Part shown: in pieces, positions 24,775 to 37,789 of the stretch
Position numbering within the stretch: position 1 is the stretch's first letter
How the letters are laid out: the number at the start of each line of letters is the position of its first letter
Origin: Lama glama
Taxonomy: Eukaryota
Length of the DNA stretch: 64,000 nt
Direction of reading: 5' to 3'
Assembly (NCBI GenBank): GCA_028534125.1
Contig: CM052817.1
Span: forward strand, 99,946,001 to 100,010,000
Notes under the pieces: generated by a model
Databases searched by the model: none
What the model was told of the DNA's origin: nothing
The model's input: only the letters and a program-made list of their open reading frames with translations
Position numbers and translations under genes: made by a program

Positions 24775-27700
24775 TAATGAAAACAATGTTTTTTTTCTGC
24801 TTTAGAATCTGTACCAAAAGCAAAGACAATGAAAAGTCCTTATTTTACTAGTCATTTCAATTTTATTTTAAGGAACACAAAAAATAGATTTATAATCTGT
24901 CCTTTTTGTTGTTACCACTGTAGCCATTGAAATGTACATGACAGACTTGTAGATCTGCGAGGCAGTAGAGCCATGAAGGTTACATGAATCCTTCTAATGA
25001 AGTTATTTGTTACATGATAAGTAATACCTGCATCCATTTTTGTTGCAACCCAAATATCTTAATTATTGACATTGCAAAACAATAATCCATTTGTTACTGA
25101 TCTGTTTATTTCCTTTAGCAAAATATTAGAAAGGTAAGTTGAAATAAGGAATCCCAAAAGAGAGGCTATTTAAGCAAGCAGAAAACCAAGGAGAGGTTGT
25201 CCACCTTCAGGGATGTGACACACGTTAGACCAAAGGCCGGCAGGAAATGCTGACAAGCAGTGAAGGGACACATCACCCCCATGTTCTTGGCACTTCTCAG
25301 TTTGGGCAACATTTAATTGCTTAATACTCTGAATGCCTATTTCTGAACATTCTGGTTGGGGTGTTTTTTCCAGAAGGGCCGGTCCTTTGTCAGGCTTGTA
25401 AACTGCATTGCCTGCTGTATTCAGATAGAGGCTGTTTTGCTTGAAGAGAAGCTGCGCAAGCACTTCAGAAACATTTCCATTTTGCATGGGTGTTAGGTGT
25501 CTAGAGGAGAAGGGGAAAAAAAAAAAGTCAGCCTAGGGTAAGACGAATAGGAGAAATATGGCCAGGATGTCTTTGTGAAACTAACAAGCATTTGAAATTC
25601 ACTACGGTTGCTTTTGAGATTTTTGCCTTTTGGTGCATTGATGATAACATCTCATAAGAAGCACTCTGTTTACATCCTCGGACTTCACGGCTTTGTTTGT
25701 TTTTATTGTCATTGTAGCAATAGACAATACATGTCCCTTGTTATTGATTGGTTGTTACTGAATTGTTTCGAAAGAGATAATGATTTCTTTTAATGAGTGA
25801 TATCCAGGAAAACAGAAAACAGATCCAGGGTTCCAGAGGGTTGGGGAAATCATGAAAAAAGGGCGGACAATGTGGGCAATATTTTTTTTTCCTGCTATAT
25901 TGCGGGATGGTGTTGAGTAAGCTGGATCTCTCAAATCAGTCATTTACTAGTCTCTGATCATTTTTTACTGCAGTCTGAATTTAAATAATATCCCCAAACA
26001 AAGCAAGTGTAGTTTAAATGTAGTTTGATGACAGATATCTATACTGAATTCCTAAGTGATTTTTCTGCTATTCAGCCACTTCATTTCGATACTTGACACT
26101 TGGGGAGCTTCTGATTTTATTCTGTTTCTCATCTTTCCCAGTAAATGACGGAAAGACAGAGTGACCATGTATGGTTTTCCTGCTCTCCCCCAGGACAGTC
26201 CTTCATTATAAAGGCACAGCAGTAGGAGAGCTGCTTCGAATACAGGGTGTTATTCATTTGAGCTGACTCTCCAATTTCCAATTTTATAGAAAGAACCACC
26301 TCCTTCAACCTATGGAGATCTCCCTTTATTCGACTTACTCCAAAGAAAATTCTTAGTTTCTACTGAAGGCGTGTATTTGCAAAGTTGCAAATTTCCAGTA
26401 ACTCTTTATTCTAATACAGTTTCAAGCTACCCACTGGTGATACTTGATAAATAGCTTTATTAGGTTTGATCCAGTGTTTTTTTTTTTTTTTAGTACTTCA
26501 AACAAAGAGTAGAAATCTATGTATATCGGCTTAAATCATGAAATAGGCTTGGGTTGGGCTATAAGTAGTCGTTGAGTTCCTGCAGTATATAAAAGCATCA
26601 AAGCAGTTTATTTCTTAAATAATTAATAATCAGAATAAGGATACAATAAATCTTGTGCGATCTGAATTTCTTTGGGCCTTACCAGTTTATGAGAACAGGA
26701 GGGTTCATGTCAACACCCACAGGATAGGTTTCCCTGCCTCTCAACCCTGCCCCTCATCTAAGACCTTGGCATCAGCCATCACTTCTGGGGAGGTCCCAAG
26801 GGAGGGGTCTTACATGCGTTGGCAGACAACCCTGTCCCCCACCACGGCTACTGTAGCACCTCGGCCGTGGCCTCCTCATCTGCTGAGCTCCCTGGGTTGG
26901 AGCCCTCCCCTCTCCTGAGAGCACATGGGGCCTGCAGTGTTGGAGAGGCACTGCTTTTCCTCGTGTCTTCAAGGCGAGAGCGGTGCTGGGTTCAGATTGG
27001 TGGGAGAAGCATCATTCTTGGTCAACAAAACATCTCTTCCCCCAGAAATCCTTGTGAAAAGAGCTCCTTCATTTTCTACCTCCAGCATCTGTTTCTTCTC
27101 CCGTAGGGCTCAGGTCCATGTTCCCAAAGCTGGGCCAGGAGTTAGAACAGAACTGCTCTGTTTCCCAGACTGCCCTCCTCTATCCTTCCTTCTTTTTCTT
27201 ATAAGCTTTGACTTTCACGCAGCTGAACATAGGAAAACAGACGCCACCACATAAGACTTGCGGGTGTGCCTGGATCTTAGTGATAGCAGTTTTGGCTCAG
27301 GTGCGTATGTGTGTGTTGTCTGTGGGGAGGGGAGACTAGGACCCCTTACCTGCTACATAGTTAGGTTTGGGCTGATTGAAGCACAGTTTGATTTTTTTCG
27401 TTTGTTTTTGAAAATCGAAGGTTAAGTGCAAATTTATCATTTTATCCTTTGAAAGTTATTAAGGCCTTTGAGTGTAAAATGCTATGAAGAAAATGAAATC
27501 TCTTCTCTGCCTGGACTCAGGCACTCTCAGTCTGTCAGTCATTCATGTAAACAGGTTTTCCTCTTTCAGACGAACAGGAGCTGCAGGAGGAACAGGAGCT
27601 TAATGTTTACTGGCCCCAAACATACCCTGGAAGTTGTACTTTTATCTGTTTCACTGAATCCTTAATCATAGCTTGTATTCCTTTGTACTGCCTCTTTCTC

Positions 27701-28084
27701 AAAACCTAAACACAGAAACAAAAACATTCTGGTTTATTGAAGATTGTGGTTGTTCACATACAGGCTCAGGGTCTCTGGAACTGGCTCCTGCACAGACATG
27801 GGACACTTGGCTCTGGCCGTGAGACCTCCTTCCAGTTTGTTCCATCTTTGTTTAAGTAAACAGCATGGTCTTTCTCCCTGTTAAGAAAGAAAGCTATTTA
27901 AAGGCACTTTGTTCTACCCACAAAGCCTGTGTTGTGCTCCAAGTGTGTCAGAAACAGTTGCCCGGGTTTTCTTCTTTCCAGCTTCATACTGATACCAAGA
28001 GGCTCTGATCACCAACCAAAAGCGTTTTGTGTGAAATGGGGCCCAGCGCTCCCCAGTGAGTCCTTGGCCACTATCGTACTCTGA

Positions 28085-28720
28085 TTTGTAATAAGAACTA
28101 TACGCTTAGTCTTCTCCCTATTTCTTTTTCCACCCATCCCCTGATATCCGGGGAGGGGAGACGGGCTAGAGGTTGAATGAATCGCCAGTGGCCAGTGATT
28201 CAGTCATCCATGACTCCGTAATGAAACCTCCGTAAAAACCCACAAAGACTGGGTTTGGAGAGCCTCAGGGCTGGAGAACACATGGAGACGCGCCCATGGA
28301 GGGCATGGACGCTCCGCGTCCTGTCCCATGTACCTTGCCCGGTGCATCTTGCCATCTGGTTGTTCCTGAGTTATATCCTTTTATGATAAAGCAGTGATCT
28401 AGTCAGTAAAATGTTTCTGAGTTCTGTAGGCCACTCTAGCAAAGTCATTGAACCCAAGGCAATGGTCGTTAGAACCTCTGATTTATAGTCGATTGGTCAG
28501 GAGCGCAAGTGACAACTTGGACTTGTATTGGCATCTGAAGTGTGTTGTGTGTTGAGGGTTGGGGATGGGCAGTCTTGTAGGACTGAACCCTTGACCTGTG
28601 TGTGGGGTGGGCTGCTCTCTCTGGTAGATGTTGTCGGAATTTAGTTGGAAAGAAGGACACCTTGCTTGGTGGTGTGGGGACTACCCCCTACCACTTACAC
28701 ACACCCCCATTGGAACTGGT
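28085..28720 (+). mobile_element. MER21-like ERVL LTR relic
   Basis: ggaggggagacgggctagaggttga...gtaatgaaacctccgtaaaaaccc...gagttctgtaggccactctagcaaa...ttgaacccaagg...ttggcatctgaagt. Confidence 0.7.
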
Positions 28721-29362
28721 GAGAGATCACCCATGAGAATACAAGAGGAGATTTGCACTATGATGGGTTCTTTGCCTTTTTCTGCCACTGTTGTCGTTTG
28801 GTACCCACTCTGAGCCAGAATTTCTGAGGTTATGAGACAAAACTATTGGAGGAGGCGCTGGCTCTGGTAGCACATTATATTGAGAAGGCAGACACAGACA
28901 TAATTGTGATACTGGTAACAGTGTCTTAGGAGAGGGCTGTGAGCATCGTGGGAGGCAGAGAGCAGCTCTGTGTTGGAGTAGGAAGCCTAGAAGCCTTCCT
29001 GGAAAAGGTGACACAGAAGCTAGACTTTGTAGGGTGACCAGGCATTTGTCAGGCAAGGGAAGCGGAAGGCACACTGCAGGGGGAGGTGGCATTGGGTGCA
29101 CAGGCTCAGAGTCACAGAAGGATGGCAGAGCTTTGGAGAGATGGGGCTGCGTGTGGAGATTGAAGTGTGAAGGCCCTTACAGAAGGGAGAAGCCCTTGAC
29201 AAGTTTTCACAGAAGAGTGAGCCCTCAGGGCTGGCAGGATGCATGAGTGAGGTGGGGAGAAGATGAGCCACCCTGGCTGTGACTGGTCCTGGCTGTGGCT
29301 CAGGTAGTGGCTGGCTGGGAACAGACCGCACAGACACTGACGCCGGCCCTCTGTCGTTCCAG

Positions 29363-29553
29363 GTATCTGATCCCTTGCAATCACATGATGCTGAGTCAGC
29401 GGTGGGCCGTGAAGGAGAGAGACTGTTACTCCGTTTCTGCGGCCAAGCTGCTTGCCTTGACCCCCGTCTGCTGCTCCAGCGGGATCACCTTGACACTTGG
29501 GAACCAGGAGAGGGATTATATTCTCTGGTCAAAGTGCACACATGATAATCCAG
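29363..29553 (+). CDS. FHIP1A: FHIP1A coding exon (YLIPCNHMMLSQRWAVKERDCYSVSAAKLLALTPVCCSSGITLTLGNQERDYILWSKCTHDNP)
   Basis: Acceptor ctgtcgttccag| and donor CAG|gtagga; 191 nt, phase 2/1. It lies within ORF 29295..29633. Confidence 0.95.
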
Positions 29554-29993
29554 GTAGGAGGACCTCTCTGGTACTGATCATCTTTAAACGAAAGGGTGCC
29601 AAGTTCCATCGCGCTCTCTCTCTCTCTAGGTAGATGCAGAATGATGCAGGGGGTCCCATTTCTTTTATGACTCACTAATTGGGGGTCCTCTTCTGCTTCG
29701 TAGAGAGTCATAGACACTTGAGATCAGTGTTCATTGATGTGCCCAGTTCTCACCTCGTCAGTGAGACCTTTATTTTAACTAGGCTTTCTAGGGGTCTCCT
29801 CAAAGTCCAAATAAGATACGAAAACATGTACTTGATTGTCTCCTTAGACAAAATGAGGCGGGGGGTGTGGAAGTGGCTAGGGCTCAGATAGAATTCGCCC
29901 TTATTTTAATTTCCAAAGTTACCCATTTATGGATGCTTGCCTGCCCATAATATATCATTCTAAAACGTGAAATTTGTGATATGGCAACAGTAT

Positions 29994-30579
29994 TGTTACC
30001 CTAGAGCAGGTTCTTGTCTCTCTCAGTAGAGAATTCAAGAGTGAGCCACAGTAAAGTGAAAGCAAGTTTATTTAGAGAGATACACACTCCATAGACAGTG
30101 CAGTCTGTCTTAGAAGGGAGAGCAGCCCTGCGAAAACCACATTTTATATTAAAGTGAAAGTAGATTTATTCAGAGGGATGCACACTCCATGCACAGAGTG
30201 TAGGCTGTCTCAGAAGGCCAGAGAGATGGCCCCAGGGTATGGGGTTGTCTCGGAAAGCAAGAGTGGGTTCTGAGGTTTTTATGGGTTGGGTAATTTCATA
30301 GGCAAGTGGGAGGATTATTCCAACTACTTTGGGGAAGGGGCAGAGATTTTCAGGAGTTGCCCCCCTCCTGGCCTTTTACGGTCAGGAACTATCATGGTGA
30401 CTGTCGTGTGTCATTTAGCAGCTAATGTATTACAATGAGCCTATAATGAGGCTCGAGTTCTGCTGGAAGTGAATCTTCCGCCATCTTGGCCTAGTTGGTT
30501 CTAATCAGTTTATGTCGTATCTTCAATAGCTGTGTTGTTTTTTTAATGGTTGTGCCCTGCCCTCTTCCCTCCTGTCTCA
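29994..30579 (-). mobile_element. Solitary ERV LTR
   Basis: Bounded by TG...CA (tgttacc...cctgtctca). It has AATAAA on the - strand (tttatt near 30067) and an internal duplication of 'aaagtgaaag...tttatt.agag.gat.cacactccat'. No clean target-site duplication was seen. Confidence 0.7.
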
Positions 30580-31329
30580 AGATATGATTCATTTGATTGA
30601 CCTTGTGAGGGTTTTTCATAATTACTCTGATGTGCCAGGAGTCATGGTGCCCATGTGGTTGTTGTTTGCCAGCTGTAGTAGTTGATCTCGTACAAGTAAA
30701 ATTTAAATGGCGACCTGTGTGAGCTTTGGTCCTCCCTCCACAGGCAGCTGTAGCAAGGAGGCATTTGTGTGTCTTTGGTGGTCAGGAGGCTGCTTCAGTT
30801 CAGGAAGATTCTGTCTGTCCTGTGACCACTAGGAAATGGTCCAGGCCCAGTGTTGACTCCAGGTTTCCCATCTGTATTTTGATAGCCCCCCTAACAATGT
30901 CATTTTGTCCACCCAGCTGTAGTCCTCTTAGATAACAGATGTTGTCTAAGAGCTGGGCTGCTTGACTAAGAAAATGTCAGCATTTGTGACATAAATGTAA
31001 TTTTTGGAAATTAGGGTTGTCTTACTGGTTCTTGGTTTTTAAATAAAGATACAGTGCATCGTGTAAATTAGTAATTTACACAGCAGTATAACAAGTTATA
31101 TATTAAATATATTTTCCTGTTAGGGGAACTAGTATAGGTATCTTATATTTTCCTACCCAGTAATTACTTTTAAAAACATATTTAAGAAATTGATGTCTTT
31201 TTTTATTTACTAAAGAAGTTGTTTTAAGAATGATTCTATGGCTGACCTTTAAAAAGAGTTCAGATTTCAAGTTAAACATATGATGGTTGAGTGCCTGCAA
31301 CTTGCCACGTCCCTTCTCTGTGTTATCAC

Positions 31330-31740
31330 ATTTAATCTTTTGAAGATAGCCATAGTCTCAATTTACAGAAATAGACTCAGAGAGAGGCACTGACTGGTTC
31401 AAGGTTACCTACAGCTGGTAGTAGGTCCTCTGATTCCAGATCCCATGTTCTTCCCGCTCTCCTCCCTCTGAGGTTGCTTTCTGGTGGATAAATGTCCCCA
31501 TGGTGGTTATGTGGATAAGGAGGTGGGTAGATAGACAGTTTAATTGTGCAGTGGTTAAGAGCTGAATCTCAGCTCTGCTACTGCCTTAGGCAAGTTATTT
31601 GATCTTTCTAAGCTTTTCTCCTCATCTGTAAAATAGTACCTTCCTCAAACAGTTGTTCCAAGGATGGGTGATGTAGGACATACAAAGCTGTTAGAAAATT
31701 GCCTGGTTTGTAGTAAGTGGTAAATAAATATTATCAGTAG
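31330..31740. mobile_element. Pair of MIR relics in opposite orientations
   Basis: caatttacagaaatagactcagagagagg...caaggttac (-) and gcagtggttaagagc...ctctgctact...ggcaagttattt...tttctcctcatctgtaaaat (+). Confidence 0.55.
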
Positions 31741-32532
31741 TCAAAGTGGATAAGAGAGAGACTTTTAACAGTAGAGCTGTAAAAAATGAATTGTGTCTAC
31801 CCTAGTGACATGAAAATATGTATTCTCAAAGGTTCAGTCTGAAGGGAGTCTGAAGGGACAAAAGGCTTGAAAGGTGTGGCATCGAACAAAATAAGGAGAG
31901 AGGTTGACATGAGACAGCTTCTGCTTGACTTGTGGCTCTGCCCCCGACCCATTGGGTGATCTTCGTCTCTGAGCCTCAGTTTCTTCAACTGTAAATGGAG
32001 AAAATAGTATCTCCCTATACTGTTGTTGTGAGGATTAAATTAGGGAACATTCATAAAGCACCTGTCAGGTAGTAGATGTTCAGGAAATGGTAGAGTTTAT
32101 ATTTTCCCTTGTCTGAGTCCTTTTTCTTTTTCTAAAGGAAAATGTAAACTTAAATATGGATGTTTTCACAGCTATTTCAGTTACATGGTTGAGAACTTTT
32201 TACATCAAAGGTAGTCAGTATAATTCTTAGGTTAAAAGGGTTATTTTGGTAGTGAATATGACTTTATTGTAAGACACCATTTGGTACAATATGTACAACA
32301 TCTCAGGAGTTCCTAGGAAGGTGGAATGAGTTAAACTTTTTGAAAACCCCAGGGTTTTCTAAAACACATCTCTTCTCCAAATTCATGGATTATATAGGCT
32401 TTCCAGTTTAGAGTGAGAGTAAAATTCTTTTTAATTATTACCTACTCTGTGCCAGGTACCATATTCGATATATTACCTAATAAGTTAATCCCTCTCAGCA
32501 ACTTGAGAGGTTGCCATTGTTGGCTTTTATTG

Positions 32533-32630
32533 CTCTCTCTCTCTCTTTTTCAATGGAGGCACTGGGGATTGAACTCAGGACCTTGTGCATGCTAAGCATG
32601 TGCGCTGCCACTGAGCTACACCCTCTCCTC
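32533..32630 (-). mobile_element. tRNA-Ala-derived SINE (vic-1-like)
   Basis: The + strand reads aatggaggcactggggattgaactcaggaccttgtgcatgctaagcatgtgcgctgccactgagctacaccctc; same family as 8111-8226. Confidence 0.85.
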
Positions 32631-32936
32631 TCCCCCATCAAAAACTGATACCAAGTAACAGACTTCTGCTGGCAATAGCCAGTATCTGACCAGCCAGATT
32701 GGGTCTATATGTTTGTGAAGGTAGAGTTTCCGTTCTCAACTTTCCTTCTAAATGTCTAACCACTTAAAAAAAACATTATTTGGATATCATTTAATCAGAA
32801 ATTATTAGAACCAAAGCAGCTGGTGGGACAGAGCCTTGGCAGCCCCGTGTGTCTCATTCCCGTCCACTGCTGGGTCCCCCCCTCCTCGTGAGCGTCAGAA
32901 GGGGGCCGGTTCTGACTTGTGTGTCTCCCGGGCCAG

Positions 32937-34100
32937 GGCCCACGGAGCAGCCGCTGCCCGAGGCCTTCCCGCCGTCGGCCTGCATCGTGGAGTACGGCAA
33001 AGCCCTGGACATCAGCTACCTGCAGTACCTGTGGGAGGCCCACACCAACATCCTCCGCTGCATGCGGGACTGCCACGTGTGGTCCGCCCTGTACGACGGG
33101 GACTCCCCCGACCCCGAGGCGCTTTGCCTGAGTCTGCCGGCTCCGTCCGAGGAGAGGGCTCCGAGCTCCGCCCACGCCGTGCTCGGGCTCCCGCAGCCAC
33201 GCCCCCGGAAGATGGGGCCCCCGCGGGCTCCCGGAAAGGAGAAGAGCCACACGGAGCTGGAGTGGGACGACAGCTACGACACCGGCATCTCCTCGGGGGC
33301 GGATGCGGGCTCCCCGGGGCCCTACGAGGATGCGGAGAGCTCGGGCCCCCCCGCCCCGGTCGACCCCCCCAGACATATCCAGGAGATGAAGAAGAACGCC
33401 ATCCTGCTCTTCAAAGGCGCCTACATCGAGGAGTCCGACTTTCAGGATGACGTGATGGTGTACAGGCTGTGTGCCGAGAAGGACGCGGAGGACACCAGGA
33501 GCTCACGGGAGGACCCTGAGGGACCCCCAACCCCAGCCCAGACCGCAGTCCAGAGCCCGCCTGTGAACAACGGCCCCCTGCCCGGCCCTCAGCCAGAGTC
33601 AGAGTCAGAGTCAGAGGAGGAACAGAATAGGGATGATTCGGACGAGGTTCACAGTGTGTCCAGGGAACCGGAACCAGAGAAAGAGCCTGAAGTTGCCCTA
33701 GAACCGGACTCCGAGGTAGCAGCCCCCACCTCCAGGGCTGAGCAGGGTGCGCACCCGACGGTGACTAACCCTGAGGGTGAAGACTTCATTGCCCAGTATG
33801 ACCAGATCATTAAGGAACTGGATTCTGGCACCGAGGGCTTTTTGGAGCAGAGTTTCTCCACACCTGATCCCTTGCCTCTCACAAAAGAGCCTGATGGGGA
33901 GGGAGAGGAGAGCAAAGGAGGAGAGGAGGAGGGAGAGGAGGAAGGGAGGAAGGAGCCGGAAGAGGAGGAGGAGGATGACTTCGAGGCTTTCATATCTGAG
34001 ACTCCTGCTGCAGAGACCCAGCCGTCCCCATTTGGGGCCAGAGATGAAGCTGCCTTTGCCAGTCAGCGTCCTGCGAGGACTCAGAGCACGCCGTTTACAG
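32937..34100 (+). CDS. FHIP1A: FHIP1A large coding exon (GPTEQPLPEAF...LEWDDSYDTGIS...RTQSTPFT), including an acidic low-complexity region
   Basis: Acceptor ctgacttgtgtgtctcccgggccag| and donor CAG|gtgaca; 1164 nt, phase 1/1. It lies within ORF 32849..34174, and the motifs YLQYLWEAHTNI, LEWDDSYD and YIEESDFQDDVMVY are recognisable as FHIP1A. Confidence 0.95.
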
Positions 34101-34887
34101 GTGACACTCTTAATTGCTTTGTGGTTTCTGCTTTTGAAAGTACTTGTACATATTGTACCAGAAGAGTAAGGTAGGTAAAGGTAAGAAGCATGATCACTTT
34201 ACCTAACAGAGGGGTGAAGCTATTGTAAGGAGCAGGGAGGGGTGGTTTCATTTTTCAAAAAATTTCATTCACTCGCAATGATTGTCTTGGTTGTTTTTTT
34301 TTTCCTTAGCAAATTAGAGGTTAAATTTTGCTGCTGAGTAACTTCCCTTGGTATGTCTTTGATAAAACCATAGGACTGATTAAGCCACACAGAAAAGGCT
34401 GTCTCAGTATTTAATAGCCTTATTTCCTTTAGTCTAATTTATATTTTTCTCAGCATTTGTTTTTATGCATATTTAAAAAAAAGTTTACAATTTCTGCCAC
34501 TGAAATGTGTGCTTTATGAGGACACGGGGGTTGGCTTATTCTTGGCTGTCTTCTAGACCTGAACAGTGGACAGAGTACATAGTAGGTGCTCAGAACACCT
34601 TGAATCAGTGTAGCTGTGTACACACATCAGAGGGAGGCCATTGGGGTTAGTAGTGCCTTTGCCTGGGAGCTCATTTCAGTTAATCACAAAATCTTCATAC
34701 AAAAGTAAATAGAGTGGACCTACATAAACTCATCACTGTACCACAGGATGAGTGTGTTCCCATGATATACCCCTAACAGCAGGGAGAAATCATGGAAGAG
34801 GCAGAGGGACAGGAGAGGGTATCAGGTAAATGGATTGGTGTGAGGAATTATGGTAGAATTTTCATTAAATTATTAGCTAAGTAAAAT

Positions 34888-35577
34888 TGTTACTGAACTG
34901 AGGTTCGGTTGCTTGCCACTGAAAAGCCAGTTCTTGAGAGACAAGTATTGGTAGGAAAGGAAAGATTGCATTATTCAAGGGGCTGGCAGCCTGGGGCAAA
35001 GATGGACTCATGTTCAAAAGTCAACTGCCCCCCGGGTGAACAGAGGGCAAGCGCTTTTAAAGGAGAGTGTCAAGGGGGCATAGGTGAAGGGAGGGCTACA
35101 TGCAGAACAGCACAGTCAGCTCTGACAATCATCTTAAAATTAGACATGCGGAGGTCTGATCAGGGTCATCTTGATTGTTTTAAGTACAGTTAATCTTCAG
35201 TTCCAGGGTCGGTTTGTTCCCATCTCTTTGAGGCCAGTTCTCGAGATTGTGTCATGGCTACAGTCTGGTCAGCATGCAGTTAACTTCTTCCACCTGGTGG
35301 GGTTTCAGTCTCTGTAAAACAGCTGAAAGGACATGGCTCAGAATATTATCAACAGCCCTTGAGGAGGAACTAAAGGCCCTTGACTCTGTTTAATGGCTAA
35401 ACTCTTATTATTTTTGTCTTGCTTGACTGTATTCCTTTACTTTTGTATTTTGTCGTTTCTCTGATTAAATTTATTCTTCAGCTAAAGTTTTTCTACAGAC
35501 GAGAGGCAAGTGGAGGACATGGTGGGTGGTGGTGGGGTTTTTCCTGGGAAGGCCCCACAGGATCCTGCTCCATCACA
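34888..35577. mobile_element. Solitary ERV1-class LTR with a 4-bp target-site duplication
   Basis: Bounded by TG (tgttactgaa, 34888) and CA (ctccatcaca, 35577) and flanked by AAAT/AAAT (34884-34887, 35578-35581). A 4-bp duplication is typical of gamma-like ERV1 integrations. Confidence 0.8.
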
Positions 35578-36172
35578 AAATCTGAACCTGCAAATCATGG
35601 TACACGGGGACCTGGCACAGAGGAGGTTCCTCAGGCTCAGGGACATCTGGGGTGGGACCCTTGAATGGTTTTCAGTTAGAGGAAAGGTCCCTGAAGGAGC
35701 TGGCATCTCAGAGGGACAGACTGGTCTTGGGGTCTGGCCTGTGGAAGAATGCTGGCTCTGGCCCTTCCTGCCATGTGGCCTTGGTGCCCTAACCCTGGGA
35801 CGACTAAATGTGATGCTCAGGTGGGGTGGGGGCTGTGTCATCACTGTTATCACAGGCAGCCCGCAGCAGCCTCAGCTGAGGCCTGTCCTTCCCTGGCCAG
35901 CAGGGAGCAGCTTGGTGGGGAGAGACCACGCCCCTACCTCCCTGGGGTCACCCAAAATACATGAAATTATAGCACTTCCAGGTCAGCTGGCAGGTGTAAC
36001 ATCATTTCAAGGAGCTCTTCCACCCTCCTCCAACATTTATTACTCTGTTTGCTGGTGCCTGAAAATTTATTTAAACAGGGAGAAAGCTTTTAATTCCACA
36101 ATGAAAAGGCTTGAGGTTCTAGCAGAGATAACAGTTCAGTGCAAATGGATTTTAATTAATTTTCAATCAGTC

Positions 36173-36517
36173 GTATGATATCACTTATATGTGGAATCTA
36201 AAAAAATAAGACAAATGAACTTATTAACAAAACAGAAATGGACTCCTAGACATAGAAAACAAACTTACAGTTACCAGCTGGGAAAGGGGGTGGGAAGGGA
36301 TAAATTGGGAATTCGAGATTTGCAGATACTAACTACTATATATAATAGATAAACAACAAGTTCATACTGTATAGTACAGGGAACTATATTGAATATCTTA
36401 TAGTAACTTACGGTGAAAAAGAATATGAAAATGAATATATGTATTTCCATGTATGACTGAAGCATTGTGCTGTACACCAGAAATTGACACATTATAAACT
36501 GACTATACTTCAAAAGT

Positions 36518-36548
<31 letters not shown>

Positions 36549-36550
36549 AA
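36173..36550 (+). mobile_element. Relatively young L1 3' end with an A/TA tail and exact target-site duplication
   Basis: Same 3' UTR type as 17505-18270. Poly(A) plus (TA)n tail; exact duplication ttcaatcagtc at 36162-36172 and 36551-36561. Confidence 0.9.
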
Positions 36551-37789
36551 TTCAATCAGTCAATCATAAGTACAAAGGGTCAAATAATCTGGCTTTTCCT
36601 AATTGCTATGGGAAGAGGGAAGGGAGGCACTGAAGGCAGGGCAGAGAGCTTGGTGGGAGGGAAGGGGACAGAAGTGACCCAGCTCAGCCCCAGTTCTGCC
36701 CCCGGGGTTACTCTCACCTAGCAGGAGTCCCAGCTTTGTCTGCAGTGTTCTCCAGGACATCAGGGCTACCCACCGCTAATGAAGATTGTTCTTTAGAATG
36801 CCAGCTTGCTTATAAAGGAGCTTCATCCCTGGGAAATACGTAAATTGAGGAAACAAAGTATAGCTTAGGGGGAAAAAAAAAGTGAATACACCGCTTGTTC
36901 AATAGCATCAATATTTTGAATGATACACCTGAGAACAAAACAATCTGAGTTTTCTGACACATATAGGTAATTTTAGCTAAAGCCTCTCCTTTTTCCTCCT
37001 TTGAAACTTGTATATGGCTTCAGGAAACGTACTTTCTCCTTCCATGTATCCAAGCTTTGTAGTTTCTGAATTTCTGAATCTGTTCTGCAGCCTTTGGCTT
37101 AACTCACCTCTCTCCATGGCATCCTGATTTCCGCTGAAATGAATCTGCTTCTCAGCAAAGTCAAAGCATCCCATTTCATTGATCTAATTAATTGTATTTA
37201 TTCATGGATTCAGCAATCTTTTATTGATCTCCAAATGTTTGGCAGGTTCTGTGCCAGTTACCAAGGACACAAAAATGAAGGGACCTGTAGACTTTCAGAG
37301 GAGACGTAAACAAAGAACAGTACTCTCTTCTTGAGAGATGTGTAGCAGTCATTGTATCTGCATTTTTGGGGAGCTCAGTGGGAGGGGTTGGGGTGGGAAA
37401 GACTTCACAGAGGAGGAACAGAGTGACCAGAAGCCTCTGGGTAAAAGTGGCGGAGGATGACAGTCCAGGCGGAGGAAATGACAAGTGAAGACAAAGGAGC
37501 CTGACAGCTCCTGGACGTGATGGGCACGGATCATGGGAGGCAGAGAGGAAGCCACAAAGCTAGTTGATGCCAGCTCATGGGGGCCCTCGGGCCAAGATGA
37601 GGAATGGTGGTCTTGTGCTCCCGGCACTGAAGATGCCTTCAAAGTATTAGAGTTGGTGAATGATGTGACCAGATCTGTATTTGGAAAGGAAAAAGCTAGC
37701 TTGGAGAGCATGGAGGGAGCATTGGGGAGAGGTTGGCACCAGGAAGAGCAAAGTAAGAGACACGTCATCGTGTCCGAATTGAGAATGCG

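Noticed and set aside
32795..33450. Overlapping 193-aa (-) and 204-aa (+) ORFs over the large FHIP1A exon
   Set aside because: Shadow ORFs expected from stop-poor, GC-rich coding sequence. The FHIP1A frame explains the region.
35510..36178. 222-aa + strand ORF starting in an LTR end
   Set aside because: It runs from an LTR across GC-rich intron into an L1 edge, with no gag/pol/env or other recognisable similarity.
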